Assembly (NCBI GenBank): GCA_951406725.2
Contig: OX597834.1
Location: 25,358,001-25,422,000 of the forward strand
DNA from: Octopus vulgaris
Lineage: Eukaryota
Direction: 5' to 3'
Length of the DNA stretch: 64,000 nucleotides
Under the pieces are notes generated by a model. That model did no database searches and was not told the DNA's origin. It saw only the letters and a program-made list of their open reading frames with translations. Position 1 is the stretch's first letter; each line of letters begins with the position of its first letter. This document shows, piece by piece, positions 58,710 to 64,000 of the stretch. A program made the translations under genes and the position numbers.

Positions 58710-58749
58710 AAGAAATTACCGGTTTCGCGTGTAGCTTTTCAAATTTCTT
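58710..58749 (-). ncRNA. Mirror copy of the U3-A8 hammerhead in the left PLE arm
   Basis: Exact reverse complement of 63004-63043. Confidence 0.7.
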
Positions 58750-58885
58750 GTGACGTTATGTTTATATTGCATGGATTTATCGTTGTTTTTATTTCCAGGA
58801 GATTTCTAAAAAAAGGGGGAGGTAGTGAGTGATTTTTTCCGGTGTAGGGGAGATAATCGCTTAAAAAATTTTTCCCATTTCCTTG

Positions 58886-60631
58886 TTAATTTCTCTGTGT
58901 CAGTATGTTCGGATGGTTGAGTCTGGGTTTGTACTTTTCAATGAAGAATGTTTCCTTGTTCAGTCTCATTTGTGTTGATGATCCGAAAGCACATTGGTAA
59001 AATGGGAAGATTAAAAATTGTGGCAGTAGTTGCTTTGCGCATTTCTCAATGTGCTCACTAAAAGGTATCATTCTATATTCTGGGAATGCAATCTGTTGTC
59101 GATGCAGTGTGCATCTGCGCCTGAGTGATAGTCCCGTGGAACCCACGTAGTCTTGGTGGCAGCCCGAGCATTTAATAACATAAATTATGTTTTCAGAGGC
59201 ACAAGTAAAGTTAGATTTGATCTTAAATTTCTGTCCTTCTTTAGAGAAGAATTCTGATCCTTCCAATAGGTTAGGACATGTTGCACAGTTCGATCTACCA
59301 CATTTTTTTACTTTTGCATCCGTAATTTTAGAAGACAATTTTGCCTTTGTGAGAATCTTTTTAAGTGATTTAGGCTGTTTGTAGCTTTTAATGATTTGGT
59401 GTATGTTTAGAATTTCCGTTAATTTTGGGTTTTTATGAAGTATTGGTAAATTCTGGGTGATGATGGTGAAGGCTTCTTTGTTTCTGGGGTTGTATGTAGA
59501 TATGTAAGGTAGTATTTTCGGGGAAGGTGTGTTGTTGTGTTGAACTTTTCTTAAAGTTTCTATGTTGATTTCTGTTGCACGTCTGATCCCATCCTCTATG
59601 AGTTGAGCTGGGTAATGTCTGTCAATTAGGGTGTTTTTGAGTTCTTGCAGTCTAAAGTTCCTGGTATTTTGTTCTGACACTATTGTGCATATCCTTCTTG
59701 CAAGGTTGAAGGGTATGTTTGTTTTAGTGTGTCTTGGGTGGCATGAATTAAAAGAAGGTATTGTTTGGCGTCTGTGGCTTTGTAAAAAATGTCTGTTTCT
59801 ATTTTAAGGTTAATTTTTTTAATTAGTATATCCAAGAACGGGAGCTCCTTTTGGTTGTATTCCATTGTGAACTGTATATTTGGGTTTATGCTGTTCAATA
59901 GGTTTTTAAATTTTAGGAGTTTATCTATGTTTTCATTCCAGAGAATGAAACAATCGTCTAGGAATCGTTTCCAATTCTCTTTTATGTATTGAGAGAGGGA
60001 GTTTCCAAAGATTGATAGAGATTCCTGGTAAATGATTATTTCCATGTATCCCATTGTTAAGTTCGCAATGACTGGTGCTGCCCTTGTACCCATAGCAATT
60101 CCGGATTTTTGACGGTAAAATGTATTGTCAAACATGAAGTGGTTATTGTGTAGGATGAATTCAATTGATTTAGTAATGAATTCCTTACTGATCCTTTTTG
60201 GTATTTCTTCCGGAAATTGGTCTAACCAGAATTGTATTGCCTCCAGTCCATAATTATGAGGTATACTGGTATACAAGTTGACTACATCAAATGAAACCAG
60301 GATTGTTTCTTCCTTGGTTTTTTTGGAAGGTGGTTTAACATATCTAAGTCATCTCTGATATGGCTATCGATATGTTTAAGGAAGGGTTTCAAGAGGATGT
60401 CCATAAGTAGACTTAGTCTGTGTGTTTCACAGGTTGGGCCAGCTACAATGGGTCGTAGTTTTAGGTCCCCCGGATTAGGTGTGTGTATGTATGTCTTTGG
60501 TGATTTTTTAATGGTTTCATTTATAATTTGACTTTTATGAATTTTTGGCAGACCATAGAAAAGGCTAGGTTTGCATTTAAAGTTTGTTAGGAAATCAATC
60601 TCTTTGGTTGTCAGTTCCTTTTCATGGGTTT
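58886..60631 (-). pseudogene. Inverted, 5'-truncated copy of the PLE ORF with frameshifts
   Basis: ORFs 59680-60276 and 58886-59680 match the + strand protein. There are 1-bp homopolymer deletions near 60320 and 59750 and one F>S substitution near 59245. Confidence 0.9.
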
Positions 60632-62866
60632 AACATAAAAATTGACATCCTCGCAAAAGGGCTCAAATTTACACCAACTCCACGCAGAGCAAACCTAAAT
60701 GAACTCAAGGATAATATAACAGAATTTTGCAGAAAATTAAGACTAGCAGAAGCATCAAACAGTTTCAATACTGAAGATGAATCACTTGTCAAGAACAAAA
60801 GTGAACACATCCCACACAGAGGAAGAAATAAAGATCTTGACGAATTCTGTAACCACATTGAGAACTTCCCCTACCATACTATACATAAACAGAAAGCTAA
60901 CCCAAATTTTAACAATACACAATGGAAAGAACTGATAGAACTCCAAAATGATGAAGATATAACCATTAAGGAAGCGGACAAGGGAAATGCAGTTGTAATA
61001 ATGGATACATCATACTACAGAAATCTTGTAATTTCCTTGCTTGATGAAGACCTACATTATGAAAAAATTACCAACTACACCCCACAAAAAATAATGAAAA
61101 CTCTATCTTCACTAATTAAAACCCATGAAAAGGAACTGACAACCAAAGAGATTGATTTCCTAACAAACTTTAAATGCAAACCTAGCCTTTTCTATGGTCT
61201 GCCAAAAATTCATAAAAGTCAAATTATAAATGAAACCATTAAAAAATCACCAAAGACATACATACACACACCTAATCCGGGGGACCTAAAACTACGACCC
61301 ATTGTAGCTGGCCCAACCTGTGAAACACACAGACTAAGTCTACTTATGGACATCCTCTTGAAACCCTTCCTTAAACATATCGATAGCCATATCAGAGATG
61401 ACTTAGATATGTTAAACCACCTTCCAAAAAAAACCAAGGAAGAAACAATCCTGGTTTCATTTGATGTAGTCAACTTGTATACCAGTATACCTCATAATTA
61501 TGGACTGGAGGCAATACAATTCTGGTTAGACCAATTTCCGGAAGAAATACCAAAAAGGATCAGTAAGGAATTCATTACTAAATCAATTGAATTCATCCTA
61601 CACAATAACCACTTCATGTTTGACAATACATTTTACCGTCAAAAATCCGGAATTGCTATGGGTACAAGGGCAGCACCAGTCATTGCGAACTTAACAATGG
61701 GATACATGGAAATAATCATTTACCAGGAATCTCTATCAATCTTTGGAAACTCCCTCTCTCAATACATAAAAGAGAATTGGAAACGATTCCTAGACGATTG
61801 TTTCATTCTCTGGAATGAAAACATAGATAAACTCCTAAAATTTAAAAACCTATTGAACAGCATAAACCCAAATATACAGTTCACAATGGAATACAACCAA
61901 AAGGAGCTCCCGTTCTTGGATATACTAATTAAAAAAATTAACCTTAAAATAGAAACAGACATTTTTTACAAAGCCACAGACGCCAAACAATACCTTCTTT
62001 TTAATTCATGCCACCCAAGACACACTAAAACAAACATACCCTTCAACCTTGCAAGAAGGATATGCACAATAGTGTCAGAACAAAATACCAGGAACTTTAG
62101 ACTGCAAGAACTCAAAAACACCCTAATTGACAGACATTACCCAGCTCAACTCATAGAGGATGGGATCAGACGTGCAACAGAAATCAACATAGAAACTTTA
62201 AGAAAAGTTCAACACAACAACACACCTTCCCCGAAAATACTACCTTACATATCTACATACAACCCCAGAAACAAAGAAGCCTTCACCATCATCACCCAGA
62301 ATTTACCAATACTTCATAAAAACCCAAAATTAACGGAAATTCTAAACATACACCAAATCATTAAAAGCTACAAACAGCCTAAATCACTTAAAAAGATTCT
62401 CACAAAGGCAAAATTGTCTTCTAAAATTACGGATGCAAAAGTAAAAAAATGTGGTAGATCGAACTGTGCAACATGTCCTAACCTATTGGAAGGATCAGAA
62501 TTCTTCTTTAAAGAAGGACAGAAATTTAAGATCAAATCTAACTTTACTTGTGCCTCTGAAAACATAATTTATGTTATTAAATGCTCGGGCTGCCACCAAG
62601 ACTACGTGGGTTCCACGGGACTATCACTCAGGCGCAGATGCACACTGCATCGACAACAGATTGCATTCCCAGAATATAGAATGATACCTTTTAGTGAGCA
62701 CATTGAGAAATGCGCAAAGCAACTACTGCCACAATTTTTAATCTTCCCATTTTACCAATGTGCTTTCGGATCATCAACACAAATGAGACTGAACAAGGAA
62801 ACATTCTTCATTGAAAAGTACAAACCCAGACTCAACCATCCGAACATACTGACACAGAGAAATTAA
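60584..62866 (+). CDS. Penelope-like element polyprotein (RT + C-terminal GIY-YIG endonuclease), Neptune/Naiad-type; slightly 5'-truncated
   Basis: 760-aa open frame with PLE motifs LAKGLKFTP, KEADKG, FYGLPKIHK, LRPIVAG, SFDVVNLYTSIP, GIAMGTRAAP, catalytic RFLDD (61787-61798) and LPFLD. Also a CxxxxCxxC linker (CGRSNCATC) and IIY..CxxC..YVG..H..H GIY-YIG. The first ~16 residues come from the inverted copy. Confidence 0.95.
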   Translation: MLGNQSLWLSVPFHGFNIKIDILAKGLKFTPTPRRANLNELKDNITEFCRKLRLAEASNSFNTEDESLVKNKSEHIPHRGRNKDLDEFCNHIENFPYHTIHKQKANPNFNNTQWKELIELQNDEDITIKEADKGNAVVIMDTSYYRNLVISLLDEDLHYEKITNYTPQKIMKTLSSLIKTHEKELTTKEIDFLTNFKCKPSLFYGLPKIHKSQIINETIKKSPKTYIHTPNPGDLKLRPIVAGPTCETHRLSLLMDILLKPFLKHIDSHIRDDLDMLNHLPKKTKEETILVSFDVVNLYTSIPHNYGLEAIQFWLDQFPEEIPKRISKEFITKSIEFILHNNHFMFDNTFYRQKSGIAMGTRAAPVIANLTMGYMEIIIYQESLSIFGNSLSQYIKENWKRFLDDCFILWNENIDKLLKFKNLLNSINPNIQFTMEYNQKELPFLDILIKKINLKIETDIFYKATDAKQYLLFNSCHPRHTKTNIPFNLARRICTIVSEQNTRNFRLQELKNTLIDRHYPAQLIEDGIRRATEINIETLRKVQHNNTPSPKILPYISTYNPRNKEAFTIITQNLPILHKNPKLTEILNIHQIIKSYKQPKSLKKILTKAKLSSKITDAKVKKCGRSNCATCPNLLEGSEFFFKEGQKFKIKSNFTCASENIIYVIKCSGCHQDYVGSTGLSLRRRCTLHRQQIAFPEYRMIPFSEHIEKCAKQLLPQFLIFPFYQCAFGSSTQMRLNKETFFIEKYKPRLNHPNILTQRN

Positions 62867-63003
62867 CAAGGAAATGGGAAAAAAATTTTTAAGCGATTAT
62901 CTCCCCTACACCGGAAAAAATCACTCACTACCTCCCCCTTTTTTTAGAAATCTCCTGGAAATAAAAACAACGATAAATCCATGCAATATAAACATAACGT
63001 CAC

Positions 63004-63043
63004 AAGAAATTTGAAAAGCTACACGCGAAACCGGTAATTTCTT
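63004..63043 (+). ncRNA. Minimal type I hammerhead ribozyme, U3-A8 core variant, in PLE 3' region
   Basis: AAGAAAT-TTGAAAA-GC.TACAC.GC-GAAA-CCGG-TA-ATTTCTT: 7-bp stem I, palindromic stem III, GUA triplet. Confidence 0.7.
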
Positions 63044-63177
63044 TAAAAATTTAAAAATTATGTCATTTTAAGGAAAGGGGAAAAAAATTTTTCCAATATT
63101 CTCCAGACATTTTGACACAAATATATATATCTTTTAACATTTAAGCCTTCTGTCGTTTTTTCACACTTTACTATTTT

Positions 63178-63249
<72 letters not shown>

Positions 63250-63557
63250 TACACATAAGGGTTATACATACAAATATATGGATTCTTACATGTATATGTA
63301 TGTACATATATATATATATATACACATATATATATATATATATGCATATATATACATATATATATATTTATTTATACATATATTATAAATATACATATAT
63401 ATATACATATATATATGTGTGTGTGTGTGTTTATGTTTCTATTTATACTTATATACGTATATACATATATATATATATACGTGTGTGTATATATATATGT
63501 ATCTATGTATGTATATATATATATGTGTGTGTGTATGTGTGTGTGTGTACGTATATA

Positions 63558-63608
<51 letters not shown>

Positions 63609-64000
63609 ATGTGTGTACATATAGATGTATATATATACAGATATGTATGTACATATACATGTGTATGTGTGTACATATAGATGTATATATATACAGATAT
63701 ATACAGATATGTATGTACATATACATGTGTATGTGTGTGAAACTTTTTTCCCAAACACCACCATCCAATGTTGAAACATTAACATCTGACAGATGAGGCA
63801 ATGAAAGGCGATGTGAGAAAGATGACAAAAACGAGGGAGGAGGAGGAGGTGGGGAAGTAGTAGGTATTTTTGTATCATTTTTAATTTTTGCTTATATCAA
63901 TTCTATACTCCCTCCCTCCAGCTTATCTACCTACCACCCCTCTTCCCATTTAAAAAAAAAAAAGAATGATAAAACAAGAACAAATGTGTGAATTTTATCA

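Larger units (their letters stand above)
58531..63186. mobile_element. Head-to-head inverted PLE insertion within (AT)n
   Basis: 58566-60631 is the reverse complement of 61119-63186, with a ~487 bp single-copy spacer. (AT)n lies on both outer sides. Confidence 0.93.

Noticed and set aside
60584-62866. Selenocysteine recoding as reported for some Naiad PLEs
   Set aside because: No in-frame TGA; the ORF ends in TAA.

Overview
AT-rich, repeat-saturated eukaryotic DNA, most likely a cephalopod (Octopus-type) intronic or intergenic region, judged from recalled SINE families. I found no credible host protein-coding gene. Most ORFs in the track are microsatellite translations or SINE-derived. The window holds three abundant tRNA-derived SINE families, remnants of R4/Dong, RTE and CR1 LINEs, Tc1/mariner remnants, a hAT MITE, two non-autonomous Helitrons and many Penelope-like element (PLE) pieces. 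The main structure is a young ~4.65 kb head-to-head PLE palindrome (58531-63186). It has a near-complete RT + GIY-YIG ORF, a U3-A8 covariant hammerhead ribozyme in each arm, and both 3' ends joined to (AT)n. Older fold-back structures and hammerhead-like motifs next to (AT)n recur across the window, suggesting a microsatellite-targeted PLE system that repeatedly builds palindromes. All family names come from motif recognition by eye, not database searches, and boundaries of degraded elements are approximate.
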